NCBI GenBank assembly: GCA_964035545.1
Contig: OZ037772.1
Location: 7,424,889-7,488,888, forward strand
Source of the DNA: Bugula neritina
Lineage: Eukaryota > Animalia > Bryozoa
Reading direction: 5' to 3'
Length of the DNA stretch: 64,000 nucleotides
Shown here in pieces: positions 42,301 to 57,300 of the stretch. The notes beneath the pieces were generated by a model, which had not been told where the DNA came from, made no database searches, and saw only the letters and a program-made list of their open reading frames with translations. The position numbers and the translations under genes are program-made. The number at the start of each line of letters is the position of its first letter. Positions within the stretch are counted from its first letter, which is position 1.

Positions 42301-45300
42301 GCTGCTAATATAATTGTTGATTATTAACATAGCACTTTATACAAGAATGTGACAATTGAATACTTTTAATTTAATTTAAATGTAGTGTTGACTAACGATA
42401 AAAGTTTTAAATAATCATTAAACTATTTAAAGTGAGTCACTATTATCAAAATCATTAGAACACATACATAAGTGCCATTTTGACAGGGCACTGGTAGAGC
42501 AGTGCCACCAGGACAATAGTGGCCAACAGGACATTCAGTGGCAGGTGGTTGCTGGTCCACAGTGCCAGTAGGACAATAGTAGCCAGTGCCACAAGCACCT
42601 GCTGGGGCTGTCAGACCGACAGTGTCACAGTACATGCCAGCAGTACAGGCAGTGCAGTTGGACTCAGCCTCTAAACCAGGAGCATTCGAAAATGTGCCTG
42701 AAATCAAATATATAAGGAAAGAGATCATTGTTAGATGATGAAAAAACTTAATATTAGCAAAACAACTTATTTCATAATTTTTTTCAGGGTAAATAATTAA
42801 AAAGAAGGAAACATTTAAATAATTGGAGAACTCAGCTATTGATTACTAAAAGAACTAATTTCAAATAGAAGCCTCAGTTCCACACATAGCTCACCTTGAG
42901 GGCATGGGGTGGGCTGATCACTGCCCTCCTCGCAGTAGTTGCCTGCAGTGCACACCAGGTAAGTGGCGGTGTCAGCAGAGTGGGGGCAGTAGTATCCCTG
43001 ATCACATGGACCAACCGGTGCCGTAAGGTTTAGTTCACTACAATGCATACCTGCAGCAGAAACAGAGAATGAGCTGCTGATAACACTTCTACACCAAAAG
43101 CATAATACCTAAACTTGAATACGAAAAGCCATAATATATTTCACTTGCAGAATAATAAGGCTGCAACTGCAGAAAAAACGACAATTTCTGCAGATTTCAA
43201 TTGAACAATAGTGTTAATATAGCTTGTAGTTATTACAGACTAATAGGAGTTACCTGCGAGTGACATCACATGATTTACCTGCGCTACAGTTGAGACACTC
43301 TGCAGCAGACGTCAGGAGCGTAGCACTGCTATATGTCCCCAGGGGGCATTTCTCAGGCTGAGACGTGCCTTCAGGACAATAGTGGCCTGGGGGACACACG
43401 TCTGCTTCTTCAGCACTCTGAGTAGGGGTGGACGACGCCGCCCCCGACTTGCAGTAAAATCTATTTAACCAGAAATCAATGTTAATGGCAGTTTCAGTTG
43501 CACAGCGGTTTGTTAGATGATAGAAAATGAAGCTATAATTTAATATTTTAATGTTGAATATCAAGAAAATAAATGTAATATTAAATTATATAATTAAAAT
43601 AAATTAATAAAAATTATGTATTTACAGTTTCACCAAGCTATTCTTTAGTTGCAGCAAAAAAACCATTTTATTTCCAAAAAAAATTAAATTTAAAAAAACC
43701 TTAAAACTAAAACACTAAACTCTGTTTACAAAATTGTAAGGAAATTCAAAAATATCAGTCGCTGTATTTTATAGACCGAAGACCAACTAACCCGGCAGTA
43801 CAGAGTTTCCAGTAGGTGGTCTGCCCCTCCTCATCACAGTAATATCCGCCTGGACAAGGAACACAGTCTTCAGTAGCCTTAGCTCCAGTCTCATTCATGT
43901 ATGTACCAGCAGGGCAGGGGTTCTCATAGGCTGTTGACGTCCCTGCATTAGACATATAAACATGGTATAGATTTCAAGAGCAAAATTTTCAATATAATAA
44001 AAAAAATTAATTCTTCACTCTGAAAACCTGTTGAAATAATATGCTCTGATGAACATGAATAAATTTTTGCTTGTTTCAAAAATGCATAAGTTACAAAAAT
44101 TTGCAAATAATTGCAAAGTTTTGCAATTAAAAGTGAAATAATATTGAATTTATGAGCTAAAATCAGGAGTTATGTTCTCAAAACCAGGAGGAGGTAACTT
44201 CAAATTAGCGTCCAAATCGCCATAACTTTTCATGTTTTATGCATAAATCAAAAATGACACAAATAGAACATGAAAAATGCTAAATTCACTGCAAATAAAA
44301 CAAATCATCATCAAATTATTCTTTCTAAACAAAGTACAATAGCAGATGAATACTAAACGAAAAATTAATTTCTATAATTAATGAAAAATTTCTTCTTTAC
44401 AAAAAACAAGTTGAAAATCAGCTCTATTTAACAAAAATAATATACTAACTTATTTTAAAATATCTCTAATTCTCTGAATTAGCAACCAACTGTAAAGTTT
44501 TGTAATAAAGGGTGAAACTATAATATTGAAACGATGCATCAAAAGCAGGAGCTATATTCTCAAAACCAGGAGCAGGTAACTTCAAATTAGTGTCCAAATC
44601 ACCATCATTTTTCACATTTGATGCATGAAGTGGTTAAAATTCTGTTTCTGGCAAGAAAATGTTAAACTCATCACAAATAAAAATGGCATAACCAATTTTT
44701 TTCTAGACAAATACTAGACAGTCAGAATTTTTTTTAAATGAACAATTTTTTCTTTCAAAAAAGCAGATGCATGACTCACCGTTGGGACAGAAATGGCCGA
44801 CAGGGCAATAGCTGCTGTTGTAAAGAACAACCGGGGCCACCGTGTTGTCGCAGTAGAATCCTTCCACGCAAATCTTGCAAGACGCCTTCCCAGTTTCGTC
44901 CTGATAGTAGCCGGAGAGACATCTGACCGCCTCGTGACTTCCTGGCGCACAGTAGTGACCTGCAGAAAATGCCAATATTTTGGTTATCTGCAAAAACTTT
45001 ATATACACAAAATATTACAGCTGAGCCACAACCAATACCACTTGCCTAACAACAGTTGTTTTTCACCAAATACAAAAATATATTCAGTAATAAAAGTAGT
45101 CTCATTTCCACAGCAATACCAGTTGCCTAGCAACAGTTGTTTTAACAAATATTAACAAATATAAAAATACATTCAATAAGAAACAAAAGTGGTCTCATTT
45201 TCATCTATAATCATATAAGTGGTTTTTCAATTATATACACAAAACTAAGGAAAATTTCTTACATCTCATTAGAATTTTCTAATATTACTTCTCATGAGGC

Positions 45301-48300
45301 ATAGTAATGACTGTAGAGAATTAAATACAAGTATCACATGTGACAGGAATTACCTTGAGGACAAATGGTATCAGCAGGAGTTGAGGTGTTGTCCCCTCCT
45401 GGACAGTAATATCCGCCTTGACACTCGCCGTCAGGCCAAGCGTTACCATGACTACCGACAAACAATATAACAAAATCAAAAAACACACTTGGTGTTCTGT
45501 TTCATAATTTCATAAGACAGCAACTTCATGTTTTTATTCAAAGCTAGCAATGTTTCACTTTTACTAAAACTTTTCAACATTAGCCTCAGATTTGCACCGA
45601 AAGTAACAAATTAAGTCACAGGCTACAAAGGCTACTCAAAAAGAAATATTCATAATGTTAGCTGTTCCTGATATTTAACTAGGATACTGTAAGGGGCATA
45701 GTTAAACGTTCCCCACCCTTCACAGTAATAGCCGGGAACACAGTCTATACAGTCAGTAATAGCTTCAGCTCCAGTAAAGTTAGCATATGTTCCAGGGGGA
45801 CAGTTCTCCCCGCTGCTACTTCCAGCTACACAGTACTGGCCCGGCAGGCAGATGTCACCTGCAGAAGACAGATAAGTATAAACTATTTCTGCAGGTTGCT
45901 ACAGAAAATGATTTAAAACATTATTTTCTCCAATTGACAAGCACTATAGAACATTCTAGAATAAAACTGCATGTCAGTCTATGGTAGTGTTTACACTCAG
46001 TAGCTGTTTGGGGCTGCAGAAGACTATTCTGTAAACTTGAGTTCAAAAAGTATAAACATCTGCGACAGATGAACGCTAATTCTCAGCTACTACATCTTAT
46101 CTACTGTATATATTGTGTACTATATATTATATATTATATAACATATAATATATAATATATAATATATATTATATAACATATAATATATATTATATAATAT
46201 ATATTATATAATATATATTATATGTTATATAATATATAACATATATTATATAATATATTTGATATATCGTGCACTATATATAATATACTATATATTATAT
46301 ATTATATAATATATAGTATATTTTAACCATTAGACTATGGCTGCTCCCTTCTATTATATAACACACACTATATATTATATTATATACTATATACTACATA
46401 CTACTGTATATATTATAGACTATATATTAATATATACTACACACTATACACCATAGACTCATACTATGTACTATGTAGCTTACTATGCACTGTTTGAACT
46501 GGATGCTTTTCCTAACATCACCAGTAGGGTTCAAACCCATGACCTCGTATTTACTGTAACAACTAGACCACTGCTGCTTCCTGCACTGTGTACTATAGAC
46601 TGTATACTATACAATACTACGCACTGTGTATTATACACCACATATTATAGACTATATACTATACACTATACATGTACTATACACTGTATATTATATACCA
46701 TAGAATACGTGGACTACTATATATACTAGGATACATTGACTAGGTGCCAAAGAGTTACAGTATTAAAGTCAGCCGTTACCTGTGCTGCCGTCTCCAGGTG
46801 TAGGAGAGGAGGAGGCGAGGACGCAGTAGTACCCGGCGTCACACGTGCCGTTGGGTTGAGAGAGACCAGAGGAGGCGCAGAACTGGCCAGCAGGGCATTC
46901 CACCTGTTGACAGACACAATGCTATCAGGTAACAGATGTGATACTACCAGGTAACAGATGTGATACTGCCAGGTAACAGATGTGATACTACCAGGTAACA
47001 CGTGTGATACTATCAGGTAACAGATGTGATACTACCAGGTAACACGTGTGATACTATCAGGTAACATGTGCGATACTACTAGGTAACAGGTGTGATACTA
47101 CCAGGTAACAGGTGTGATACTGTCAGGTAACATATCAGGTAACAGGTGTGATACTACCAGGTAACAGGTGTGATACTACCAGGTAACAGGTGTGATACTA
47201 TCAGGTAACAGGTGTGATACTACCAGGTAACAGGTGTGATACTACCAGGTAATACGTGTGATACTACCAGGTAACAGGTGTGATACTATCAGGTAACATA
47301 TCTCTCACCATCTGAACGCTGCCTATAGGGCAGTAATAGCCAGGCTGACAGATTCCTCCAACTCCTGAGCCGTCGGGCGGGGTGGGTGAATCAGACGCCC
47401 CGACACAGTACCATCCTTCCTCACAGTAGCCCGTAGGCAACTCGTTACCAGCTCCCTCACAGTACATTCTATAAGAACATTGCATACAGTGTTAAGTACA
47501 CACTAGACAACATGCTGGACAGGATGTCCTGGTTGCTAAAGCAGATTAATTTACCTTAGCAACCTAATGTCAAGGTCTAATCAACAAGCCAAATGCTCTG
47601 ATAAGCCAATGATAGAAGTTGATTGTCAAACATGGATGACATCTCAAACAATATATATGCAGTATACTCAGCAGGATGCTGGACAAGATGATTTTGTTGC
47701 TAAGGTAGAATTGTTTACCTTAACAACCTAATTTCACGGTATAAATAAATGAAAGTTTGTTGCTAAAAGTACAAGACAGTCCAAACAACATTATATATAA
47801 TATACTCAGCAATATATGCTGAACAGGATATCTGTGTTGCTAAGGTAAACATGACAACAACAGGAAGAGCAGTTCAAGTTATCAGATGGCAGACAACTGT
47901 GAACTAATCCATCACCGTACACTTATAGCCATAGCCTCAGTTCTTTAATATCCACTACAATAAGATACACACACATAGAGAAAGGCGGGACTCACCCAGG
48001 AGGACAGTCTAAGCAGCTGGATAAGTCACTCCTCTCAGTCAGGTTATTGTAAGTGCCAGCAGGGCAAGGTCTAGCTGTGCCTGTACTGGACAGAGTGGGA
48101 CAGTAGTAGCCTGCAAGTACATGAGTGTGTTAGTCAGTAGACACGTGTCACTAGTACTAAAGCACCTGAGCCACATGTCACCGGTATGCGACTCATACTT
48201 GCAATGCATTAAAACACTGCTTTGTGTGTCAATGGTATGTGACTCAGACTAAAAATGTATAGAGCACCTGCTTTGCTTGTCACACATGTCACTGGCATGT

Positions 48301-51300
48301 GATTCACATATTAACTGCAATAAAGCACAGTTCCACGTGTGTGACAAAGCTATTGTCAGCATTTGGCTTTTGCCAAAAATGGCACACTCAACAATACTAG
48401 TAGCAATGGATGCATAGCCAACATTTATATATACACCAACCATTCATCATAAAAGTAATTAAAAGTAATAAATTATGTAACCTCAAAGCACAGAACAGAA
48501 TACTTTGACCAACCTGCTAACTAAAGACCCAGTTAATGGGATGCTAAAATAATATAAACAATCTACCTGCAGGACAGGACTCTGGGACTACAGTTGTGTG
48601 GGAGCAGAAGAATCCAGAAGGACAGTCAGTACAAACAGAGAATCTTGTCTCATTGGCAAACGTTGCAGCATCACAAGGATTGGGAGCAGAAGAGCCCTGG
48701 GGGCAGTAGTGACCTAGATAGTAAGCAAGTATGACCTAAATTCATAGATCGTGCGAGAATAAAAAGCTAAACATGTAAACACATGTAGCATTCCATATCA
48801 CTTCATTTCTGATCCCCATTATGGATTGTTAATTAACCAAACTTGGAAATAGTTACACTGAATGAAACCGCAACCATAAGTACATGCAAACCACAAACTG
48901 CATAATTACCGTTTCCATTATCCATTATGCTAATGGATTTTTTCATTCGGCTAATGGAAACAGTTACATCGATGAAACCGCAACTATAAGTTAATGCAAA
49001 CCACAAACCACAAATAATCCATAATCCGTACGGGCATTCATTCGCATTATGCAGTCATGGACATGCAGTTAATTAATTCAAAGAAATGATATAGCAACAG
49101 TATGCTTCACTGCATCCATAAATATTTTGTAATAATCAAACAAGGAAGAGCTAATTAAGCAATTAAGTTATTGACACACAAGTATGTATCTTTGCAATCC
49201 AAAGACTTTCAACTATTTTCCATAACCAAAATGTGAACACTGATGAGATAATCCCAATCTACCAAAATAGTTGAAATGCAGCAAAACACAACCTACCCTG
49301 GGGGCATTCTGAGCCGTACGTCTGGTTGACTGGAGCTGCCTCGTGGGATCCACCGGAGCAGTAGAACCCGGCGTCACATTCTAGGGTGCTGACAAACGTC
49401 ATGCTGGTGGTGGGGCAGTAATAGCCAGGGTCACACGGTGTACAAGATGACAGTGATGTGCCTTGAGTGTAGATTCTATAATAATACAGCTCAAGTGGGT
49501 TAGTTGGTTAGCGAGTGAGTGAGTGAGTGAGTGAGTGAGTGAGTGAGTGTGAGTGAGTGAGTGAGTGAGTGAGTGAGTGAGTGAGTGAGTGAGTGAGTGA
49601 GTGGGTGGGTGGAGTGACTGAGTGAGTGAGTGAGTGACCGAGTGAGTTAGTGAGTGAGTGAGTTAATAAGTGAGTGAATACAATAGTTACTAGCTAATAT
49701 TTCAATGCACTGACCTATCAAAGAAAATAACTTCAATTAAATTATTTTCCCAATTTATAAAAGGGAAGTTTCCTTTCTGCCAACTAATTTAGTGTTTGAC
49801 AGAGCAACCGTTCACCTAATCACTTAAACTTATGAAAAATTATTGCTCACACCTCAACTTATACTCACACACTGTGAGTATGAACATTGTAAGTAAAATA
49901 AATAAAAACACACAAACTTACAGATAAGTACCAACAGGGCAGGGCACAGGCTGTGATGTACCTTCCTCACAATAATGGCCCTTAGGACAAACACCCTGAT
50001 CGTCCATATTGTCAAAGTTAGGGGTACGGGTACTGTGGAGCCCCTTAATTGCAAAATATCCAGGGGCTATCAATCCAGTTACATTGGTAAGACCTGCAAA
50101 CGTATAATAAAATATTCACTAAAGTCAAAGGAGAGAAAGTTGAATAGTTGGTAAACTGATGAAACACAGAATGCATACTTAAAGTTCTGCAAATCATATC
50201 AATTTGATAGATTGATTGATTAATTGATATATTACAGACATGAAAACACGTAGTAAAATTCAGTGTAAATACTGGCATAATAAGTAGACATGAACAAAAG
50301 TGGCGAAAGAAAAAAGTCAAAACTCTGTTGAGTTATTTAAAATGAAAAATCATTTAAAGTAATTGCAGGATGTCGTAAAAAACCATCTCTGCCCCACGCC
50401 CCTCTATATTTGAGATCTTATCAAAAAGAACACATTCTATTCAATATAAAAAGGAACAACTAGCATGAACTGAGATTGAATTTAAACTAGCTGAGTTGTA
50501 CTTGTATTATGAGAATAAACTACCACTAAAAGCAGCAACCATACCTTCAGTTTCACAGTAGGCCCCTTCATCACACAGCTCACAGTCACTCTCTGCCATT
50601 AGACCCTGAGCGTTGCCATAGGTACCGATAGGACAAGGTGAAGGGCTTCTCCTGGGCGTACCCACAGTACTAGCAGGGCAATAAGAACCTGTAAGTATAA
50701 ATAGGTCACAGACATACAAAAACAGTGAGCAGACATATAGAGATAGTGAGCAGACGTACAGAGATAGTGAGCAGACGTACAGAGATACAAAGAATGAAAC
50801 TCCTCAGTTTCTCTCGTGGTTGATATTTTAACGTGGATGTTGAGGTGCATATTTTTCATATAAAGGTTGATGTTAAGAAAACTTAAGAAAAAAGTTGACA
50901 AAGTGTTGTTCTATAATTACAATTCATCTGCTACAAGAGCTTGCAATCCTTCTCCACTGAACACATGACTACTGTCACTCCATGCATACATTTGATAATG
51001 TCAAGGTGAAATACCTTGAGGACAAATCTGTGGCTGACTCCCAGCGTAGCACATCCAGCCACTAGGGCAAAGGTCACACTCGGCCTGCCCGGTCTGGTTG
51101 GCGTAGTATCCAACAGAACATGGAGTGGGGGTCTCGGAACCTGCGGGAGTACACCAACATGGGAATACAGTAGAACACTCGGGAATGTGAAAAAGTAGAA
51201 ACTCAGTCTAAGTTAGCCACCAACCTTGTGGACAGAAATGATAGAGCGGGCATACATCTCCACCACCCGTACTGTTGGCGTACGGCGTGTCCGTGTAGGA

Positions 51301-54300
51301 GCCTCCGGTACAGTAGTGTCCCGGAGCACAGTCTCCGACTAAAACATGATTGGTTCCGCTAACATATATAAGCAAAATAAAAGACCACAGGCTAATTTTT
51401 TATTCACATAAAAGTGAAGATTTGTGTGCTACATATTTCCAAGTAACATTCAACTTTATAAAATCAAAACAGACACTCAATCATTATAATTGTATACAAC
51501 TTATAGAGGTCTGATCTCGTAACAAAAATGCTGCCGCACCTGGTTGAGTGAGCGCTGACTCATTACAAAACTTCCCGGGAGTGCAAGTTCGGCAGTCAGC
51601 CTCAGATTTTCCTAGAGTCAGCTCTCTGTATGTTCCTAGCGGACAGGGGACTGTTGAGGACGTCCCCTCAGGGCAATAGTGACCTGAAGAAACACAGGCA
51701 ATGTGTAACTTTAATGGCAATCTTTTAGGGGGGGGGGAAGTAAAGAAAATCTTTTCAAAACTTCAGTCTGTGAAACTAATAAGCCCGATCTTTTTATGAC
51801 TTATTAAACTGAGTCAAAATTAGAATGTCAACAAAACAAACGCCAAGTAGTGGGAATGCTAAAACTGGATAAAATCAAAAATAAGATTCAAGAGAAAAAG
51901 AAACAGACGGCATTATGTCAAACAAAAACAGGAAAGAAAGATGAATTATGCTTGCTTTTTCCACTGCCAAATCTAATAGCTAAATCTAGAGTTTTGTAAA
52001 AAAAGTTGTAAAACCTCACATATTACCTCCTAGCAGAAATTTTACAAAATTCTAAACACACATCAAATCAAAAAACTATCTAGAATGTTCCTAGTAGCTT
52101 CTGCAGTAGTCTGTCTTACCTCCCTCTGTAACATAGGCTGATGTATATAACTCACCTGGGGAGCAGGCGTCACCAAACTCTACCAGAGTCTTAGTCTTGT
52201 TGTACTCGTCTGGTCCAGGGTCATCATTGAAGATGGGGTCGTCCAGTATGGCCTCCCCCCAGCAGATATGCCCAGCCTTACAGTCACCTGGTTATAAACA
52301 CAGATGTGTTCATATACATAGACATAGATATGTGTTCATATACATAGACATGGAGATGTATTTATACACATAGACATAGATATGTGTTCATATACATAGA
52401 CATGGAGATGTATTTATATACATAGACATAGATATGTGTTCATATACATAGACATGGAGACATGTATTCATATACATAGACATGGAGAGGTATTTATATA
52501 CAGTCATATAATTAGAGATACCATAAACATATATTCTATAATATTACAATATATTAGATCTAGAGTTTTCATGAGTACTGCTACATAGTTTATATAATAT
52601 AGATGAGCATAGAACCATAGACATCTATATGAAGTGTTCATTGCATGGAAATTGCAAGTTCATAGACATAAATACCAACCGGTGGGCTCCAGAGCTCCTG
52701 TCCTCTCACAGTACTGTCCAACTGGACATGGTAGACAATCTGTTATGTTGGAATTGCCAGTTCTGTAAACACATCCATATAACTCAAAGTAAACATTTTC
52801 TAATTAATATATATTGTATTTTTGTATAATTAAATAACAGTAGTTCATAAAATTTGAGGAGAAATAAAATGGTCAACAAGAAACCAAATATTAATAATTG
52901 AAGTTTCAACAAAACAACATATATTAGCTGCTAACACCAGTATTATAAGTCAACATATGCTAATAGCATGACTCAACAAGTACGTCATGCTATTAGCATG
53001 TCAAAATCTAGGCATGTATTAACTCAAAATATGAGTCAATGAATGCTGATAGCAACCTCACTATATTTTATCACCATGACTCATCAAATGCTATATTGTG
53101 CATCATCACACACCAGCACAATGACTCATCAAATACAGCAGACAAGCAACTCACTGATTGGTATAGGTTCCAGTGGGACAGAAGAAGTAGCGAGTGCCAA
53201 AAGTCTCGTTACAGTAGGCACCAGCGGGGCAAATGATTCGGTCTGTCATGGCGGCGTCAGGGCAGTAGTAGCCGAGGCCACACGCCTCGCACTGAGACAT
53301 GGCGTACTCCGGTGCATATGTACCCTGCTCACACTCCGTCTGCGACCAGGATCCGTTATTAGCATAGTAACCTGAATATATAGTAATTATCTGATTATAT
53401 AGTAACCTGAATATATAGTAACCTGAATATATAGTAACCTGAATATATAGTAACCTGAATATATAGTAACCTGAATATAAAGCAGCATTGAATGTGTTCT
53501 GGTGCTTGAAGAGATCAATGTGTTTCAAGTGTAAGGATAATGTGTTAGAAATTGAAAGGTTTGGAATCTTGGGTTTAGAAGATAATATTGGTGAACAAGT
53601 TTATAGGAAGGTAGCAATAAAAGCATAGTAATCTAAATATACACTATCATTAGAATGTCTTCTGATGCTTTTAGTTTTAAGAGATGGAAGTTTTCTTAAA
53701 TGTAAGGACAATGTGCAAAAACTCAACATCTTGGTAAACAAACTCATACAGTAGTACCAAATTTATTAGCAACCAGTTGTTACATTGCCAGATGTTTATT
53801 AGTCCAATTACTCATAAATCAGCAGTTAACAAAGCCCACAGAGTAATCTGCTGTAGTTTTAACAGAAGCTTTTAAATCTAAATTCTGTTCTAGATTTACC
53901 AAAAGAATTTTAATATTAATTGAATGAGTACCACGGCAGACTTACCTGGTTCAGTTTGCAACATGTCAGGTTTAGTACTTCTTGCGGGACAGTAATAACC
54001 ACCCCAACACTTTCCATTGGGTTCTCCACTAGCCAGTTGTCCTTCAGTTCCCTGCAAGAAATACGTCTGCTTATGACTTAGGCTATGACTCACCACTGAG
54101 TAACAAACTAATAAATGATTCATAACTTAAATCGAAACACACTGTGAACCAACGAAAACTCATGCCAAATTTGGAAAAAGATTAAGCTATTTAAGAAAGA
54201 TGTTTCAATATTGAGTGTTTTATACAATCAAGTAAACATCCAATCAATGTTGAGTTTACAGACCATCACCCAACCATGAACAAGCACACATTAACCCACC

Positions 54301-57300
54301 CTACAGTAGTACCCTTCCCAGCAGTCTTCACAGTCGTCATCATTCACGGCGCCAGTGAAGTTGGAGAAGGTTCCAGAAGGACAGGGCTTGGCGAACCAGG
54401 AACCAGAAAGACAGTAACCTCCAGCTGGACAAACATCACCTGGTAAAAAAGAGATATTCTATACGGATATATTGGCATACAGTTTGATAATGCAATAACA
54501 ATTTCAAGGAAGTTTCATCATCATTTAGTGGAAAGAAAAGTTGAGTAAAACTTTCTAATTAAATATATTATTAAGAGACATTGCTGTACTGCTTGCAGGG
54601 ACAATTTCAATAAAGTAATACCGTAACTATTAAAAAAAATAGTTAGATGCACTTCTATGTAAAAAACCTTTTTAGATAGCTTTTATGGAACCCAGTCTAT
54701 TTTGTTAAAAATTTGCAAGTTTTTTAAATAAAGGACAGAAGCCTACTGCTGTACACAATATAACTGATACGTTGAAACAAAACAAATAAATAAACTTTTG
54801 ATTAGTTTTGGACTTTAACTTCCAACCAGTCGAAATATTTTATGACTTTCAAAGCCTGTAAACAGACAACTCACATAACATAATATAAAAACGTTTTTTG
54901 TTAGCCTTATTTTTTTTTCACCTGTAACACCATCTATGGGTCCTGAGGTATACGCTCCTCCATAGCAGAGATAGCCAGCATCACAAGGCCCTCTGACGTC
55001 CATGAGACCGGGGGTGTCACAGAACTTGCCCCTATCGCACTGAGTACAGTTGTCCACATGCTCTAGGTCTACGAACATAGAACTCAATAAAGAGATCGAA
55101 CAAGGACGAATAAAGTCTTTAATACTTCAGTTACTCATGCAGGTTTATGGTTACCATCTCTGTAAGAAACCCCTGATGGAAAGGGTTTCTGTTAAATTGG
55201 CCTAAGGACTTATTCAGATGCGGCACAGGAGCAATTATGACTGGATGCTCTTCCTAACATCACTAATGACCTTTGGCAAGGCTTAAACCCATGACCTCGT
55301 GTTTACTAGGCAAACACTCTGATCACTCTAGACTATGGCTGCTCCCTCTTCAGTAGTACAGTTACCAATCATACTATGATAACCACACTGACCAACCATT
55401 GTCACAGGAAGTCTAACTACAGAGTCAAATCGACAAATCCCTAGTTTCCCAGACAACTTTTCTCCTTTCTAGATAACATTGTAGATTTATAAAACTTGAA
55501 AAACTACCATAGCTTGAGTATCTACGCTACAAACACTTTGTCTGTTGGTACTCACTCGTACTGTTCCCATAAGTTCCTATAGGGCAGGGTTCCGACTTCC
55601 ACTGAGCTTCCACACAGTAGTACCCTCGTGGACAGTCCTTGGGGACAATGGTGCCCTCGGGACAGTAGTAGCCAGCTGGACACAGAGGACAGGAAGTGGC
55701 ATTGGGTGTTCTCGCACTTCCTGCGTACGTCCCTTGTTCACACGCCACCTGCACAAGAAATTATCCAATCACAAAACTTAATACAATCGCATAACCAATT
55801 ACATACTATAATTTGAATTTTTCAACAGAATGTCATTTTGATTACTTGAACTCATGTTTATTTGTGATGGTTTGGCCAGTTTCCTTCCATGAATACTACA
55901 GAGAATATAAATTATTATTTTGCAAGTTATTGCTTGTAATTTATCAAAATAACGCGCTACTCAGTAACCAAACAATACCAGATATATTACCAAACAATGA
56001 CACACCTGTCTAGGACCATAAGAACCAATAAAAGGAGGCTCGTCGCCGTAGGGATTGATGATTGGACTCGGACAATAGAATCCCGGTTCACAGCCGCCGG
56101 TGGTGGTGTAACTCCCCTCTAGACAATAATCTCCCGCTGGACAGGGGAGACAATCATCAACTGACTCGGCCGCCTCCGTCTCCCTGATGGTACCAGTAGG
56201 GCAGTTTGTCTCTTCAACAGTTGCTGTGAACAGACGTATGCGCAACAAAGCTGTAAGTGTGGTTTATAATTGAAGTGGGTGTGGTTTATAACTGGTGTCA
56301 CCCCGTTGATTAATACAGTAAATGTAAGTATAGCTAGATATGGGAGTTCTACTATAGTCGAAATAAATAAAATATGATTTAATTTTAGGTTCCCTCTACA
56401 ACTGAATTTTAGGGAAAGTAGGTGTGGCTTATAGCTAGAATTTTAGAAGAGGTGGGTGTGGCTTATAACTGAGTTTTCAGGAGAAGTGGGTGTGTTATAT
56501 AACCAGTGGCAGTTGGTTTATTACTACACAAAGTGGTATATTTAACATTGCATTGCTGTTTTGAAACTGTAAAAACTACATCGGCAAGCTCTACTACATT
56601 TAAAATAAATAAAATATCACTTTTAATCTATAACAATTCAACTCTGTAAAATACTTAAAAGATACACAACTTATTAGAAAGTTCTAAGGCATGAGACAAA
56701 AAAATGACTGTCAAATACGAGAAAATACCAAAACTCTTTTCTATTCCCCTCCCATACAGCTATTACACAATCACATGCAGCAATTACACAGGTTTAGTGA
56801 CTTTACCTTCAAGGCAGTATTTCCCTTTTGTACAGTTGGTGGCGTCATCCAGACTGGCGAGCTGTTCCACGCAATATTTTCCCGCAGGACATCTCTTCTG
56901 TGTCAGCATCATTTCCTGACTGGTGGTTTCATTGTCACAGTAGTGCCTGGGGGGAAAGATAGAGTCAGCATATATACTGTGAGTGCGATGGTACAATGAT
57001 TTCAGATCCAGCTTTCTGATTACAGAATGGCCGGTATCATGGAATAAATACATCTGAAGAGAGGTTAAGCTTTGACAATAAAAACTACTACAGAAATTAA
57101 AACGAAACTTCCATAGCAAGATTAAACTTTCGGTCATGAAACAGAAAGATGTTCTACAGGGTAATTTATTTCACTCTGACAAAGGTCAATCTGTTATACG
57201 CTCAAAATATTAGCCTGTTACTGCCTTGTAAACAGTATTGTAAGATATTTTAGTGCAAAGATAGCAAATAGACTGAGAATCTACACCAAGATCGGAACCT

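Noticed and set aside
44155-45205. ~85-90-bp direct duplications (44155/44540; 45030/45110) and AT-rich low-complexity tracts (e.g. 4370-4870, 46110-46330, 58670-58890)
   Set aside because: Ordinary local duplications and low-complexity DNA with no functional signal.
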